Shown here one piece after another: positions 4,237 to 5,288 of a DNA stretch of 5,288 bases. This DNA comes from a virus, in IMG/VR virus record IMGVR_UViG_3300017613_001751, positions 1 through 5,288 of that record; one strand, given 5' to 3'. Made by a program: the position numbers and the translations under genes. Numbering within the stretch: the first letter of the stretch is position 1; each line of letters opens with the position of its first letter. Under the pieces are notes generated by a model. The model saw only the letters and a program-made list of their open reading frames with translations. It had not been told where the DNA came from and did not search any database.

Positions 4237-5288
4237 TGGAATGCCACTCACCAATATGGATCACAAAAGAAAATCTACTAGAAAAAGGGCAATACATACC
4301 TTGCGGAAAATGTATATATTGCCTAGAAACAAAACGATCTATATGGACATTCAGAATACTACAAGAGTTAAAGGTGGCGGAGACCGCAAGATTCGTCACT
4401 TTAACATACGAAGATGAAAAACTACCTTACATAGCACAATGGGGAGACAAAACAACAGAAATAAATATACTCACAAAACTAAATCCAACAAACAAATTAT
4501 ACAACCAACCAATACAACTATTACCAACACTTAACAAAAATGATCTATCACAATTCATAAAAAAATTAAGATCTAAAATATACAGAGATCAACTACCAAA
4601 CATAACAAGCCCAAACAAAGACTTTAGAGATGAAGCTAACAGATACCTTAAAAAATCAGAGAAAACAGGAAAATGGAGCCCTAAACTACGTTATTTCGCA
4701 TGTGGCGAATACGGAAGCAAAGGAAATAGACCTCATTTCCATATAATAATATTTAACGTACCTTTAAGGTATTATAAATACGATACAATACACAATGAGT
4801 GGTACAGTAATACACTAGATGAAATATGGGGAAACGGAAACGTACATATAGGAACAGTAGAAAGAGGTTCAGCACACTATACAGCAAAATACACAATAAA
4901 ATCACTATTCGACAAATATGACCCTAATGATCCAAGAACAAAACCATATGCAGTAATGAGTAGAAACCCTGGCATAGGAAACAACTATATAAACAATGAA
5001 ACTAAAACTTATTTTAATAACACTCAAAATAATTATACTCGTCTTAAAAGTGGCCATGCCCAACCAATTGGGCGCTACTACAAAGATAAAATTTGGCCGG
5101 AAGAAAAAATCACAGATGGGCTTTCAATATGGCCAAAAGAAAGAAACAATGCATCAAAAAAATGTATACTACATACCGAAAAACAAAAAAACACACAACT
5201 ATTACACGAAACAGCAAAAGAATACGGAGATATATCACAAGCTAAAGAAAACATACGAAAACTTAAAGAATCCACCTACAATCACAAA
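4236..5288 (+). CDS. Replication initiation protein (VP4 / A-like HUH rolling-circle endonuclease); open to the window end, wraps to stop at 166; 365 aa in total
   Basis: My translation has no in-frame stop from 4236 to 5288. It begins MECHSPIWITKENLLEKGQYIPCGKCIYCLETKRSIW, a Cys/His N-terminus typical of microvirus VP4. Motif 1 is FVTLTY (4392-4409). Motif 2, the HUH motif, is RPHFHIIIFN (HFHIIIF at 4734-4754). Motif 3 is HYTAKYTIK with paired Tyr residues (YTAKYT at 4878-4895). MSRNPGIG and PIGRYYKDKI follow. Confidence 0.95.
   Translation, partial: MECHSPIWITKENLLEKGQYIPCGKCIYCLETKRSIWTFRILQELKVAETARFVTLTYEDEKLPYIAQWGDKTTEINILTKLNPTNKLYNQPIQLLPTLNKNDLSQFIKKLRSKIYRDQLPNITSPNKDFRDEANRYLKKSEKTGKWSPKLRYFACGEYGSKGNRPHFHIIIFNVPLRYYKYDTIHNEWYSNTLDEIWGNGNVHIGTVERGSAHYTAKYTIKSLFDKYDPNDPRTKPYAVMSRNPGIGNNYINNETKTYFNNTQNNYTRLKSGHAQPIGRYYKDKIWPEEKITDGLSIWPKERNNASKKCILHTEKQKNTQLLHETAKEYGDISQAKENIRKLKESTYNHK
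5168..5288. repeat. Terminal redundancy copy 2, identical to 1-121
   Basis: Same comparison as for copy 1. The unit genome length is therefore 5167 nt. Confidence 0.95.

Noticed and set aside
240-5275. All other minus-strand ORFs in the track (240-482, 809-994, 1376-1663, 1664-1879, 1988-2260, 2130-2336, 2647-2931, 2856-3095, 3298-3489, 3755-4015, 3810-4001, 4202-4399, 5078-5275)
   Set aside because: All are short (61-95 aa) and low in complexity, rich in L, F, C and S. They lie antisense to well-supported genes and are a by-product of the T-rich complement.

Overview
The window is one complete, circularly permuted genome of a small ssDNA phage of the family Microviridae, gokushovirus-like rather than phiX174-like. 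Bases 1-121 are identical to 5168-5288, so the unit genome is 5167 nt and the window is a circular contig with a 121-nt assembly overlap. All credible genes are on the + strand and tightly packed. In order they are: major capsid protein VP1/F-like (163-1812); two overlapping small ORFs (1820-2032 and 2001-2279) that together look like a split internal-scaffold (VP3-like) gene; a 311-nt non-coding region (2280-2590); the DNA pilot/minor capsid protein VP2/H-like (2591-3460); three or four small ORFans joined by ATGA or TAATG stop-start overlaps (3488-4236); and an HUH rolling-circle Rep (VP4/A-like). Rep starts at 4236, runs off the window end and finishes at 166 after wrapping. It is 365 aa and absent from the ORF track because it has no in-window stop. 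The non-coding region is the main unexplained element. It breaks the A-rich composition and holds four or five hairpins, short CG-rich tandem hexamers and a pair of 12-nt direct repeats. It is a candidate complementary-strand origin, packaging signal or promoter region. The minus-strand ORFs look like compositional artefacts. I see no tRNA, CRISPR array, transposon or defence system. The interest lies in a divergent microvirus with an atypical scaffold locus, an ORFan cassette and a structured intergenic element.
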